Shown: positions 1-13,288, counted from the first letter of the whole stretch. The stretch is DNA of 63,816 nt, filler included, from Elsinoe ampelina (GCA_010093995.1; 32 parts of 32 records of this genome joined end to end with filler, not necessarily neighbours in it), one strand, 5' to 3'. The notes: generated from the sequence alone by a model not told the origin. Made by a program: numbers and translations.

Positions 1-905
1 GGCTCTACTAAATCCTAAAGATTACTACTAAACTATCTACTATAGGGCATCTATAAATAGATAGCTAATTAGAGGTTATAAATTGCAAGTTTAAGTAAGT
101 TATCCGTTTATACGCTATACGCTTTAGTAATTAGATACTTATTCTACTAGTCGTAGAATTCTCCGCTAACGTTAACCTATTAGAGAGTACTAAGCTATCG
201 CTGTTTAAGGTTACTAGAGAATATAAGCTAAGGCTAAGCTTCTAGCTCCCTTCTAACGTACCGTTAATAAGAGCTAAGCTAAATAAGGTCGATATCTACG
301 TACTTACTAAGTAGCTAGAAGAGGCACTAGCTATTACTAAAGCTAACCTTACTATTACCTAGTTACAAATAGTAGAATAAGCTAATAAACACCGCTAGCT
401 AATAGAGTTTAAGGCTAGCGATTTAGTTTAGCTATTAACGAAGAACCTCTAGCTATAGGGCAATCTAAAGCTACTACTAAAGCATGTTAGTCCCTATAAG
501 ATCCTTAAGAAATAATCGCTACTAGTATATAAGCTTAATCTACTAGCTACGCTATAGAGGATTTACCTAGTATTCTATACTAACCTCCTTACTAAGCACC
601 TAAATAACCCTCTACTAGGCTAAGCCTTTAATGTACTACCTCTAGTAGAGGTCGATAGTAAAGAGAAGTATAAGGTAAATAACGTAATTAATATATATAT
701 ACTATAAGAGAAGCTAGTTACTTATATAAGCTAGAAGAGCTATCTAGAGGATCTTACCTAGTAGCTAATTAACAATCTTAAAGGAGTAGCTAATATGCTA
801 CGTAACTATCTAGACTTTTATATAGATAAGCTAAGGCTAAAATAGATCGATAAATAATATATAATAGCGTTCAAGAGTAAACACATTTAAGAGAGAAAGT
901 AGTAA
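1..905 (+). mobile_element. Gypsy family A, RIP-mutated integrase C-terminus, chromodomain and polypurine tract
   Basis: De-RIP reading gives KLSTAGHPQTDGQSE near 30-75 and a chromodomain (EEYEV...WKGYPEDPTW) near 660-770. A purine tract at ~889-900 precedes the LTR. Confidence 0.85.
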
Positions 906-1103
906 TATAAGATAGATACGAACTAGATTTAGTTAGGATATAGTTTAGATTAGTTACGTAATCTTAGCATCGCGGCCTAGGCTTCCGGCCGCTCCGCTCT
1001 CGATATTATATATGCTTTATACACTAGTTTCTTCTTCTTCTTCTAAGTCTCGATATCTTAATAAATAGACGTAATTAACCTCTTGTCTTACTAGTCGTAA
1101 TTA
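906..1103 (+). repeat. Gypsy family A 3' LTR (~200 bp)
   Basis: Matches the reverse complement of 8458-8657; the two copies diverge right after ...CTAGTCGTAATTA. The ends TA...TA are consistent with RIP-mutated TG...CA. Confidence 0.8.
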
Positions 1104-2738
1104 CTACTCGCTAAGAATTAGTGTCTCTTAGCTCTTATATTAAATTATTAAACTATATAAGCTATAAGTGTTTTACCTATAAAGAGAACTTAGATCTACT
1201 ACGTAAGTATAGGACTTAAGGTAGCTCTCGAGAAGGAAACTACTACTAGTCTAGTAGTAGCTCTTAAGCTTATCGTAAGTAGAAGGCTACTAACTTATCT
1301 ACTAAATAGTTTAGTAAGTAAGGGGGCACCTTTAAGGTATAGAAGAAGAATACTAAGTGTTATAGCTATAGTAGAACTAGCTATATTAAGCCGGAGTATA
1401 GATTAAAGCACTTATAGAAAGATAAGGAGTTATAGGTAGTACGTAAGGTAGCTACTATAGACAAAGTTAATAACTCTAAGCTAGTAAACTCTAAGGGCTT
1501 AGCTAATAAGCGTAACTAAGCTCTACTTCCCTTTTAATTAATACTTACCTATTACTACTCTATTATAGCGCTATTATAGCGCCTATAGACTATAAAGACT
1601 ATATATTCCTTATAGACAATTATATAGAAGTTAATCTTATATCTTAGGTATTTACTCTTCGCTATAATCTACTAAGGGTTAAGTGTACTTAGTACCTAAG
1701 TATATCTTCCTTTATAGAGTAAGCTAGATTCTACTATAGCGTGCACTATCTTCGCGTATATCTAGTAGACTTCTATAGTAACCTTAGGGAGATAATTAGT
1801 CTCTTCTACGCTATAGACTTAGAACTAGGCCCTCTAGTTATTTTAGAGCGCCTATAGTAGAGAAGACAATATATAATTATAGATAGTACTATAGATAACT
1901 AGTTATATAGCTACTTCTTATATATAGTTTACCTACGCGAACTAGAAGACTTTATAAAGGACTTCTAGAATAAGCTAAAGATATACGCTATAGTATAGAC
2001 TCTATCTAAGGACCGTACCTATACCGTAGGCGACTTAGCTCTACTATTAGAGTTCGTAGAGTTCTTTAATGTCTTTGTCTATAAGGATATTACTAAATTA
2101 CTACGCCTACTAGGCGCCGAGTATATAATTAAGCTAGAGCCTAGTAAAAGGCCTCTATTCTAGCCCTTATATAACCTTTTAGTTAATAAGCTAGAAGTGC
2201 TTAAAGACTATCTCGAGACTACTAAATTAAATAGGTAAATCTAGTACTCTATAAGTAAGATAGGTACTTCTATCTTATTTATACCTAAAAAGAATAGTAC
2301 TCTATACTTATATATAGATTACTAGAGCTTAAATAAGGTAACTATTAAGAATTGTTACTTACTTCTACTTATTAGTAAGACGCTTAATTAGCTTAGGTAA
2401 GCTTAGTAGTTCTCGAAGTTAGATCTAAAGGATACTTATTATAGAATCTCTATTAAGTATAGTAACGAGTAGAAGACTATATTCCGTATGTACTATAGCT
2501 ATTTTAAGTACTTAGTTATACCTTTTAGATTAACTAACGCCCTAGCTACCTTCTAAGTATATATTAATAAGGCGCTAGGTAAGCTAGTTAATACTATCTA
2601 TATTGTCTACCTTAATAATATTCTTATCTATAGCAATTCGAGAGAGAACTATATATATTATATTTATAAGATTCTAGTAAGGCTATAGAAGTTTACTTTA
2701 TATACTAACCTTAAGAAATGTAAATTCTTTACTAAGGA
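1104..2738 (+). mobile_element. Gypsy family B, RIP-mutated gag end (zinc knuckle), protease and reverse transcriptase
   Basis: De-RIP KCYGCGRTGHIKPEC at ~1355-1400, FVPKK...LCVDYR at ~2275-2325, YLDDILIYS at ~2608-2634. Homologous to 29205-31088 and 33162-35026. Confidence 0.88.
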
Positions 2739-2838
2739 NNNNNNNNNNNNNNNNNNNNNNNNNNNNNNNNNNNNNNNNNNNNTTAATTAATTAANNNNNN
2801 NNNNNNNNNNNNNNNNNNNNNNNNNNNNNNNNNNNNNN
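2739..2838. other. Artificial contig linker N44-TTAATTAATTAA-N44 (stop codons in all six frames); first of 31 such linkers
   Basis: The same 100-nt spacer recurs at 5413, 8057, 10662, 13189, 15609, 18025, 20409, 22749, 25059, 27114, 29105, 31089, 33062, 35027, 36912, 38790, 40650, 42476, 44273, 46069, 47847, 49569, 51272, 52952, 54625, 56257, 57831, 59399, 60896 and 62383. Contig lengths fall monotonically from about 2.6 to 1.4 kb. Confidence 0.98.
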
Positions 2839-5412
2839 CCCTTAGTAAGAAGAAGCTTTAGGTACTTCGAGAGTATATAGATAATAGCTTAGTAACGGGT
2901 TAACTCTAGTATAGTACTAGCTCTATAGGGTCTTCTATTCTATTCGTTCCTAAGAAGGATAGTTCGCTACGCCTATATATTAACTATTATAGGCTAAATA
3001 ATGTTACTATTAAGAACTATTACCCCTTGCCTCTAATTACTAAGATACTTAATTATATCGAGGGCGTATACTTATTTAGTAAGCTAGACCTTATAGATGC
3101 CTACTATAAGGTATATATCTAGTATAGTAACGAATAGAAGATAGTATTCCGCTATTGCTATAGCTACTTCAAATATACTATTATACCTTTTAGCCTTACT
3201 AATGCCCTAGCTACGTTCTAGACTTATATATATTAGTACTTAAGTAGCTTAGTAGACTACTACTATATTATATACCTAGACGATATTCTAATCTACGCTA
3301 GTAACGAGTAAGAGTATTACTAGGCTATTAGAAGTATACTAGACCGCCTATATAAGAATAGCCTCTATATAAAACTAAAGAAGTATATCTTTAAGGTAAT
3401 ATAGGTAGTATTCCTAAGCTATGTCGTTAGTAGTAATAGCGTCGTAATAGAGTAGCCCCGGGTATAAGCCGTCGCTAACTAGCCTACCTCTACTAGCCTT
3501 AAGAAGTTATAAACCTTTCTCGGATTTACTAATTTCTACTATCGATTTATTAAGAGCTTCTCCTACGTAGTACTACTACTAACTATACTTACGTAAGAGT
3601 TAGTCTAAGGGAAGTAAGTAGGCCTATTTCTATAGAGTAATAATATAGTATAGGCCTTTAATAAGCTTAAAGCTACCTTTACGTAAGTGCCTATACTACG
3701 CTACTTTTTATTAGGTAAGTCTCTCTAGCTTAAGACTAACGCTTTAGATTTTACACTCTCCGGAGTAATCTCCTAGTAAAACGAAGGCGATACTTCTACA
3801 TAATACTAGTACTCTATAGTATTCTAGTCCTAAAAGCTATAAGGTATAGAACTAAACTATACTACCTATAATAAAGAGCTTCTTGCTATTATAGAAGCGG
3901 CGTAGTACTAGCGCTAGTACCTACTTAGCGCTACTACCTTAATTAAAGTCCTCTTTAACTATAATAACCTTAGGTATTTTCTAACTACTAAGAAGCTTTT
4001 ATAGCGCTAAGCCTACTACGCTAAGGTACTAGCGTAGTTTAATATTATTATCTAGTACTATAGTAGGAAGACTAACCTAGCTAACGGCCTATTATATAGG
4101 CCTAACTACTATAAGTATAAAGAAGATATATAGGAAAAGCGCTATATATTAGTCTCTCTCTTAGAGTAAGTGTTATAAATACAAAGCGAAGGAGTTATAC
4201 CTATATCTATTATAGATAAGAAACCTAAGACTAGTAGAGCCTAGGAAGATAGTAATAAAGCTAATATAGCTTATATGTCTTAAACTACTCTCTAACGTAA
4301 CGTACTTATATAATTCTAGCGTGCCTCTAGAATAGCGCCTATAAGTCTACCTATTACCTTAGGAGCGCTATAGCTATACTAAGAAGAGTTAGAGCCTCTA
4401 GAGTAAGAAGAGTAGCGCTTAGAGAGCACTTATATAAATCTTCCTCTAAGTCTAACTAGTAATATTAAATTAGAACAATATATATCTACCCTAGTATCTT
4501 AGAACGTACTACTACTCGCCTAGGAAATAATAGAGAGCTAAGGGTATAAAGATAATATAACACCTACGTAACTCTAGGACACCTCTAGTAGAAAGCCTAT
4601 TATAATTTTAGACTAGAGTTAGTAGATTACGCGCCTTTATACTATATAAGTACTAGTAGACGAGACTATATATACCTCTTCTACTCCTATGTTACTCTAG
4701 GACCTTATCTACGTAGTATAGTAAAGAGACACCTTTACTTATAGTAAGAAATAGAAACTTCTAAAAGAGAGAACCTTAACTAGTAATAGTACTACCCTTA
4801 AGTAGAGCCTATCTAGTAATAGCTTACTCTAGAATAGAGATAGGGTATATATCCTAGAAGAAACTACCTTAAAAGTAGAGCTTATATAGTATAATTATAA
4901 TAACCCCTTAGAGAATTACTTTAGCTATATAAAGACCTACCTTAATATAAGGAGGAAGTACTAGTAGCTAGGTATATCTATCGCTACGAAAGTGTATATT
5001 AAGCGCTATAATAGCTACTAAAGATATAAGGTAACGTAGTATAAGTCTTATAGCCTTCTATAACTCTTACTAATCCTACCTATACTTAAGGCCTTATAAC
5101 ACTAGTCGCTTAATTTTATTACTAGCTTACCCCTAGTAGAGCTCTAGCCTAGCGTCGTTATAGACGCAATTATCGTATATGTCTATTACTTATCTAAGTT
5201 TAGTATCTATATACTAACGTCGACTAAGCTTAATACTAGAGACTTTACTAATCTATTTAAAATAGACATTATAACGTTGTTTAGAATGCTAAAGATACTA
5301 GTCTTAGATAGAGAGTTTATCTTTATAAGCAAATTCTAGAGTGCGCTATACTAGCGCTAGAAGGCGTAATATAAGCTTAGTACTAGTTTCTATCTATAGA
5401 TAGATAGCTAAA
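2839..5412 (+). mobile_element. Gypsy family C pol (RT, RNase H, integrase), RIP-mutated
   Basis: [17 protein letters not shown] at ~2935-2985, literal TAC CTA GAC GAT (YLDD) at 3273-3284, LETDASDF at ~3730 and FHPQTDGQ at the contig end. Confidence 0.9.
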
Positions 5413-5512
5413 NNNNNNNNNNNNNNNNNNNNNNNNNNNNNNNNNNNNNNNNNNNNTTAATTAATTAANNNNNNNNNNNNNNNNNNNNNNNNNNNNNNNN
5501 NNNNNNNNNNNN

Positions 5513-8056
5513 ATTAGCTCTCCTATATTTACGTAATTCTCTTTAGGTTCCTAGCTATTAAACTTAATAGGCTAGTCCTTCTACTTTACTAAGTAGAATA
5601 CCTTACTCTTTATAGTTCTTCTATCTAGGATTTTCTCTACTATCTACTTATCTACTTTATTAGTAAGAGATATACTCTCTTCTAGCTCCTTACTAGCTTT
5701 ACCTATCTATAGTTTAAGAAGAGATATATAAAAGACATTATAGATGTAATACTAACTTAGTAAAGCTAGGTAATACACCTATAATCTAATTATATTAAGT
5801 ATACGAAATAGGCTAAGGAATTATAGTTCTATCTTCTTCTTTAGTATAGGTAGCTATAAGTTCTTAGCTAAGAGTAGTACTAAGTTACTTACGCTATATA
5901 CCCTTAGTATATACTTTCTATTATAGTACTTAGCCTAGTAGGCGAAAGTCTCTTTTTATTACTCTATTAGCTTCGTATATATATCTCGTAAGTATTACGC
6001 TAACTCCGCTACTACTAGTACTCTTCTCTCTAAAGTCTTGTCCTAAGACTTAATAACTATTACTTCTAACTCTAGATAGTAGCTATATATTATTTAGAAG
6101 AGGCTTATATATAGCGTAGTATAAATACTATTATTACTTATAAATTCTACTTATAATAGACATTTAGCCTAGTTGTTCTATAGCTCTATATAGTAGTACC
6201 TTAGGTACTATTCTAACGTCTAGTTTTGCTACTTAGTTTAACTGTCTATCTATAGGTAAAAGGCTATACTAAGCCTATACTTTACATGCGTTTCGTAATA
6301 GAATTTACTCTAGAACTAGCTAGTAAAGACCGATTCTTAATTACTTACTATTTCTCTTAGAACACTATAATAGCGAATAATATAGTTACGTAGGATCTCT
6401 ACTAGCTCTATAGATATACACTTCTTAGTAGTAGAGACATATAGTAATATCTTAGTGTAATAGTCTATAATTACTAGTACTATATTATAGACGCTACTAC
6501 CTTACTTACTTAGTAGTAGGTTAGTAATAAAATCTATTATAATTTCTTACTATAGGTAGTCTAGTATCGGTAGCGTATATAGCTTACTATAGGGGCAATA
6601 GTAGCACGCCTTATATTTCTAGTATACTTAGTATAACTATATATAGTTATTAATGTCTTTTCTTATATTTAGCTAGAAGTATTTCTATAAGAGGAGATAA
6701 AGCGTCTTATCTTTACTAAAGTAACTAGCCTATTCGCTATTATAGTATATATATAGTACCTACGCTCTTAAGGCACTATTATTTAGAATAACTAATACGT
6801 TCTAGTAGAATAAGAGATTGTCTTATAGGTTCTATAGCGCCTTACTCTTGTCTCTACTACTTCTCGCTTATAAATATAGCTTTATAACTTTAGAGTCTTA
6901 TCTCTATAGTAGCTCTATAACTAATAATAAATCGGTAAATAGATCTTTAAAGGGATTCTCTCTCGCTATTACTATAATAGTAACTCGCTAGGTTATTATA
7001 AGACTCTAGAAGTTCTTAGAAGAGATTTTACCTTTATATAGTATATAGGTAGCCCGGGCCTACTCTAGGGTAGTCTTATATATAGCTTAAATATGTCTAA
7101 CTAGCAGAGTAGCTTCTTTAGAGTTAGTAGTCTAGTTCTAGATCTAGAGCTTATTCTAAAGAGTTAGAAGGAGGTAAGACACCTTCTACTTCTTAGCTAC
7201 GTAGTTAGAGCGCCTCGAGGGTATATTAGCTAGGTTCCTTATACCTAGCTAATACTCTATTATAAAGTTAAAAGTAGTAAGGAAGGTAGCCTAGTAAGCT
7301 TATTAGCTATTTAGCTATTTTAGCTTTATAAATCCTTAGAGATTATTATAGTTAGTAAGTACTTAAATTATATATAAGGCACCTTCGAGGTAGTACTACT
7401 ATTACTTAAATATATATATAATTACTAATAGCTCTTAGTTATACATCTCGTAATTATACTTAGCTAAGATAAACTTCCTTAACTAAAAGGCAATTAGGTA
7501 CTAAGTACTATTAAATAGCTAGGATAGAATTACTACTACTATAAACTTTAATATATTACTTTCGATATGTAGGGGTAGCGTAGAATTATAGTAATAAAGG
7601 ATAGAGACATATATAAAGGTGTCTCTAATATTCTTAAATGTCTACTATTTGCTTATGCCCTATATAAAAGAGCTATACTTACGACCTTTAACTAAGCCTT
7701 TAAGAAGGCTAGAGAGGAAAGTAATAATCTTAAAGTAGTACTATATAAAGTAACAATAGAAGTTCGTAAAGCTAGTAAACTACTAAACCTTATAATAACT
7801 CTTTAGCCTTAGCTAATTCTTAATTATAGTTACTCTACTAGGATCTATTAAGACGCCTATAGTAGAGATAATATAGCTAAGGAATTTTATCTCCTTAGTA
7901 AAGAATTTACATTTCTTAAGGTTAGTATATAAAGTAAACTTCTATAGCCTCGCTAGAATCTTATAAATATAATATATATAGTTCTCTCTTAAATTGCTAT
8001 AGATAAGAATATTATTAAGGTAGATAATATAGATAGTATTAACTAGCCTACCTAGT
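5513..8056 (-). mobile_element. Gypsy family B pol (RT, RNase H, integrase, chromodomain), RIP-mutated
   Basis: Minus-strand YLDDILIY at ~8000-8025. It is the reverse complement of the family B sequence in 46169-47846. Chromodomain (W..EFDSWEPEEN) at ~5530-5580. Confidence 0.88.
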
Positions 8057-8156
8057 NNNNNNNNNNNNNNNNNNNNNNNNNNNNNNNNNNNNNNNNNNNN
8101 TTAATTAATTAANNNNNNNNNNNNNNNNNNNNNNNNNNNNNNNNNNNNNNNNNNNN

Positions 8157-8457
8157 TTTACTAATCTACTAAGGGAATTATACTCTAAATTATATAGATT
8201 AGTAGCCTATCTAATTAATAGAATACCTCTTAAGAAATTAGACTAGAAAACTCTCTTTAAGCTAGTTTATAGATGTCCTCTATTAGTTACTTACCTTAGG
8301 CTACTTAGATATAAAGCTTATACTTTAGATAACCTTATTATAAGTAGTAATAAGCTTATACTAAGGACTTATATTAGCTATCTAGTTAGTTATAACTTAA
8401 CTAACATATTTAGAATCTTTATACTAGCCTCTAAGAAGGTTATTAGAATAAGAGATA
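8157..8457 (+). mobile_element. Ty1/copia integrase C-terminal fragment, RIP-mutated
   Basis: De-RIP: AAYLINRTP...LDWKTPFE...HLRLLGCKAY...KL.PRAHIGYLVGYDSTNIFRIF.P.SKKVIRTRD, a typical copia integrase/GKGY region. Confidence 0.8.
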
Positions 8458-10661
8458 TAATTACGACTAGTAAGATAAGAGGTTAATTACGTCTATTTAT
8501 TAAGATATCGAGACTTAGAAGAAGAAGAAGAAAAGCTAGTATATAAAGCACGTGTAATATTAAGGGCGGAGTAGCTAGAAGCCTAGGCTACGATACTAAG
8601 ATTATATAACTAATCTAAACTAGATACGAACTAGATTTAGTTAGGATCTATCTTATATTACTACTCTCTCTCTTAAGCGCGTTTACTCTTAAACGCTATT
8701 ATACATTATTTATCGATCTATTTCGGCCTTAGCTTATTCGTATAATAGTCTAGATAGTTACGTAGTATATTAGTAGCTCCTTTAAGATTGTTAATTAGCT
8801 ACTAGGTAAGATCTTCTAGATAGCTCTTCTAGCTTACGTAAGTAACTAGCCTTCTATGTAGTATATATATATTAACTACGTTATTTACTTTATACTTCTC
8901 TTTACTATTGACTTCTACTAGAGGTAGTTCTTCGAAGGCTTAGCCTAGTAGAAGGTTATTTAGATACTTAGTAAGAAGGTTAGTGTAGAATACTAGGTAG
9001 ATCCTTTATAGCGTAGCTAGTAGATCGAGCTTATATACTAATAGCGACTGTTTCTTAAGGATCTTATAAGGACTAATATACTTTAGTAGCAATTTCGAAT
9101 TGCTCTATAGCTAGAGGTTTTTCGTTAATAACTATACTAAGTTACCTACCTTAAACTTTATTAGCTAGTAGTATTTATTAGCTTATTCTACTATACGTAA
9201 TTAGGCGATAGTAAGGTTAGCTTTAGTAATAGCTAGTGCTTCTTCTAGTTATTTAGTAAGTACGTAGATATCGGCCTTATTTAGCTTAGCTCTTATTAAC
9301 GGCGCGTTAGAAGGGAGCTAAAAGCTTAGCCTTAGCTTATATCCTCTAGTAACCTCGAATAGTAATAGCTTAGTACTCTCTAATAGATTAACATTAGTAG
9401 AGAATTCTACGACTAGTAGAACGAGAGTCTAATTACTAAAGCGTGTAGTATATAAGCGAATAACTTACTTAAACTTACAATTTATAACCTCTAATTAGCT
9501 ATCTATTTATAGATACCTTATAGTAGAGAGTTTAGTAGTAATCTTTAGAATTTAGTAGAGCCTCTTCTATACGTCGCTAACGAACTAAGGGCCGTAATCC
9601 GAAGTAATACTATCTAGTAGACTATATAGTTTCTATACGTAGAAGAATAATAGCTTAGCTATTTTAAACACTAAAGTACTACCTTCTCTAGAGAAGTAGA
9701 GGATTAAGTATCGTTCCTTAGATAGGTAGTTAACGATATAGAGCACTACGTTATAGCCGTCTACTAAAGGTAAACTAGTAACGAAGTCTATAGTAATATA
9801 TTACTAGGGTCTTTCCGGAATAGGTAATAGTAATAGGAGGCTAGCTAGTAAGCTATAGCGAGCCTTTAAGCGTTTATAGTTGTAGTAATTAGTAATAAAC
9901 CTCTTAACGAAGTTATTATAGCCTAGGATATAAAAGGTAGTCTTAATTATAGTAGCTATCTTAGTAGCTCTAGTATGTACGTAGTTCTTTAATATATAGA
10001 CCTCTTAGATAACCTTTATAGCTATTAACTACAGTACGAATAATTAGCTAGCGACCTATAACATCCCTTTATTAATAGTAACATTAGTTAATAGTAGCTA
10101 TTTCCTCTTTAAGAAGGCCCCTATTATATAGTAGATACCTCTAACTATTTTATACTTAGTGTCCCGTAAGTTAGCTTTAGCTACTTCTTTAAAAAGGGGT
10201 AAAGGTTCTTCCGTAGCTAAGATAGGTACTATATAGGTGCCTAATTCGGCAGCCGAGATAGATGCCGATATAGGTAGCAAAATAGGTAATAAACTAGTTT
10301 ACGAACTAGATTTTAGTTCGGTAGCTAAACTAGTTCTTAGTTTAGCTCGGGATAGTAATCTAGTTCGGGTGCGACCTAGATTTAGTTTATTAATAATGCG
10401 TAGATTAAGTACTTTATATAGTAACAGCGTTTAGCGTAGATTAGAGTCTTCTTTTAAGCGTAGTATATCTCTATTTCTCCTCGTAAGTATATTAGCTTTA
10501 CTATTCGTAGCACTAGGCCTATATATAATCTTAAAGTTAAACTACGTAAGGTAGAGGGCCTAGCGTACTTAGCGGCGTAATAGCTTCTAAGTCTTTATAA
10601 AGTGTATTAAGGATTAGTAGTTAGTAAGGACGTAGATAGCCTTATTAGATTAAGTACTTAT
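8458..10661 (-). mobile_element. Gypsy family A 3' half (RNase H end, integrase, chromodomain) with 3' LTR at 8458-8657
   Basis: Reverse complement of 1-1103 and of 61400-62382. Confidence 0.88.
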
Positions 10662-11441
10662 NNNNNNNNNNNNNNNNNNNNNNNNNNNNNNNNNNNNNNN
10701 NNNNNTTAATTAATTAANNNNNNNNNNNNNNNNNNNNNNNNNNNNNNNNNNNNNNNNNNNNTCTCTGGACCTCCAGCCAGCCAATTTTGGTGAGCAGAAG
10801 TCGGTGAAGAGTACCGCCAAGCCCGGGGTGGCTCGGTTGAACTCAAAACGACTGTAGGTGTGTCGGATTGAAGTGAGTGTATGCCATCTCTTTGTAAAAA
10901 CTTTCGCTCACACCTCGGTCAAAAGCTGCATTTCTTGCGACGGCTTTGAACCAAGCCGCAGGCGTTCTTCACGATGCACCATTGTTCACTGCAATATACG
11001 CAGCCAACACACTGCCTACTGGCTTATCCGCATCGACTAAGCAGATGCTAGTACGCATAATCTGTAAGCGAGCGAATTGTCGCTGGTTGACACTTCCGTG
11101 CTTGCGCCGCAATGACAGTGATCGTTTCTGTGAGTTTGATTATTTCATTCACGCACTTTCTCAGCCTCATTCGTTAGGTCCCGTCGCTATAATGCTCGGA
11201 TCCAGCCATGAAATGACCCGTGATGATACATCGGGCGTGATTTGGCGGACTCTTGACGATGGTAGGACGTCTGGGGCTGCAATCTCTTCGTGCTCGACTA
11301 AGACATGAGAGTCGTCAATCCAGGTCTTAGAGAACCCTATATTTCGTCGGAGCTCGTTGGAGGTCTTGCTCGGAAGGACCTGGTTGCACTTTGGTCCTGA
11401 ACAGAGATCAATGTAGTAGCGCTTCTGCACTTGGGCCTAGC

Positions 11442-12800
11442 TCAATATATTTGGACCTCGACTTCATGCTGGAGAACCATTCCCTCTAGCTTCGCCACCT
11501 GTTGCAAAGTGTCAGCGTGACTCGGCTCCCAGGACATACTCTTGAGCGGTACCGTAATGTGACTCAGCTTATTGTAGAATTCTGGCCAGGATCTCATCCA
11601 GTCCTCAATGAGCTCAAACAATGACTCGCCATCCCAGTCGTTTACATCAACGTCACCACCACCGCCAAAACGGTCGAAGCAGATATGCGGAAACAAGCCC
11701 AGATTGATGACCAACGTCTTGATCGATCTGGGTACAACATCCTGCAATCGAATGCGATTTGAAGGATTGAAGGTGACCAGAAAAGCCAGAGGTATCTCTA
11801 ACTTATCCAACCTGAAATCCAGCATCTTGGTAGGCGAACCGCGCACCATAATCCATGGATGCGCCATGCCATCGTCTATTTCACAATTTGCTTGGATGAC
11901 TAGTTCCTTTAAGGAGTGACGAACTGGAACGAGATTGTCACAAATCGCTTGGACATCCAAAAAGGGCTGGTTGGACTCATGCCTGAAGGCTGACTTGTAG
12001 TGCCAATCCCAATGAAGCCGCTTGAGATTTTTGGTCGTTGATAATACAAAAGCGAGCTGGCCTTCGCGAATACCGCCTAGTCGAAGTGACGTAAGCATAG
12101 AAGGACACGGCGGATCCGCAGCAGGCCATACCATCGTGCGCGGGTTATCGAGGTGGACAGTCAGTTCCTCCAATACTGGCAGGTAGAAGAAGGATAGAGC
12201 ATCCGATGTCCGTGCCCCTACAGGCTTACGAGTGAAGCTATGATGTTGCACAGATCGCAAGCGCATGTATTTGCTCGCATTCCTGCGCAACAAATCTCCT
12301 ACTAGCCGGGTGTGGCGAGTAAAGCTCCACTCCATCGTGAGTGACGTAAGTCGCTCTGATCGTAGTAAGATCAAAGCCACGTAGGCATCCACTCTGCCTG
12401 CGAGAAGCTGTCCTTCCCAATCGTCTGAGAAAGAGGTTCCAGAAGCGTCGATCAGTCTACATGCGCTTTGCTGGTCGACCATCCGGGAGGGGATGTGGGC
12501 AGAAGCATCGGAGAACATATTTCTACCAAGCAGAGCCAGTCTCTGAACATAATTGGCAACATCTGAGCGATGCAGCAGGGTGTTGACCAGCGATGGAACC
12601 AAGCATGGGCGATTCCTTGTCCAGGTACATGTGATATCCGAGTAGAGATGCCGCTCAGCATCGACACGCGAGCTTCGATTGACCAGACAGAGATTGAGCA
12701 GATCCGCTGGTAACAGCGAGGCCAATATGCACTCCACCGCATCGCCAACATAATCCCGTAGTGACGCGTGAGGCACCAGCCCTGTTGATTTTGCAACCAT
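11442..12800 (-). CDS. F-box domain protein with a probable LRR-like C-terminal region (452 aa)
   Basis: Intact single ORF, ATG to TGA, in non-RIP DNA. N-terminal F-box-like ...ECILASLLPADLLNLCLVNRSSRVDAERHLY..., followed by LxxLxL repeats (LTSLTM, LEELTV, LTSLRL, LKRLHW, LKELVI). Confidence 0.8.
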   Translation of the reverse strand: MVAKSTGLVPHASLRDYVGDAVECILASLLPADLLNLCLVNRSSRVDAERHLYSDITCTWTRNRPCLVPSLVNTLLHRSDVANYVQRLALLGRNMFSDASAHIPSRMVDQQSACRLIDASGTSFSDDWEGQLLAGRVDAYVALILLRSERLTSLTMEWSFTRHTRLVGDLLRRNASKYMRLRSVQHHSFTRKPVGARTSDALSFFYLPVLEELTVHLDNPRTMVWPAADPPCPSMLTSLRLGGIREGQLAFVLSTTKNLKRLHWDWHYKSAFRHESNQPFLDVQAICDNLVPVRHSLKELVIQANCEIDDGMAHPWIMVRGSPTKMLDFRLDKLEIPLAFLVTFNPSNRIRLQDVVPRSIKTLVINLGLFPHICFDRFGGGGDVDVNDWDGESLFELIEDWMRSWPEFYNKLSHITVPLKSMSWEPSHADTLQQVAKLEGMVLQHEVEVQIY

Positions 12801-13288
12801 GGCTGGGGTTGTTCGTCATAACTAGCGGATGGTAATGACCTGTACAAAACAAATGGGAAATCGTCGCTGCAAAGTTCCTGGAAAGGCGGTCCACTGCATT
12901 AACAAAAATGGAATGGCGGAGGAATCGCTTGGGTTTTTGATGCCGGAAGCGAAGCTGAGAGGGTTGGACATTTCTTCAAGGGGTTCGAACAGTCGCAGAA
13001 CCGGATAGGAGTCATGCTTCCCACCGAACTTGAGACAGTCCTTGAGCTGCATTTGCAAGGGACAACAAGTTAGAAGCTGGAAACAAAAAGCATAAGATAC
13101 AGCACCTGGGATTCACACGTGGTCACCCACCGCATTACTAATCAGGCGATCAGTTGCTTAAATATGGCAGATCTGACGGGATGCCTTGNNNNNNNNNNNN
13201 NNNNNNNNNNNNNNNNNNNNNNNNNNNNNNNNTTAATTAATTAANNNNNNNNNNNNNNNNNNNNNNNNNNNNNNNNNNNNNNNNNNNN

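Noticed and set aside
2783..2794. Regularly recurring TTAATTAATTAA palindrome as a biological repeat or CRISPR-like array
   Set aside because: It is always embedded in N44 runs, so it is an assembly linker. For the same reason, adjacency between contigs has no biological meaning.
10098..10434. Short ORFs (60 and 65 aa) in the ORF track
   Set aside because: They are chance stop-free stretches in the RIP-mutated family A pol linker.
1..10661. AT-rich, TAG/TAA-dense DNA as an alternative genetic code, organelle or viral sequence
   Set aside because: The pattern is explained by CpA/TpG to TpA mutation, as shown directly by the 53052/57533 pair and by recoverable retroelement motifs.
10762..11430. 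Possible additional spliced gene on the minus strand (intron-like GTGAGC...CTACAG at ~10852-10911; 87-aa ORF)
   Set aside because: I could not assemble a coherent reading frame or a recognisable domain.
12822..13100. 78-aa ORF and intron-like CTAAC...TGCAG upstream of the F-box gene
   Set aside because: It ends in a stop before the F-box ATG and has no recognisable homology. It may be a 5' UTR feature.
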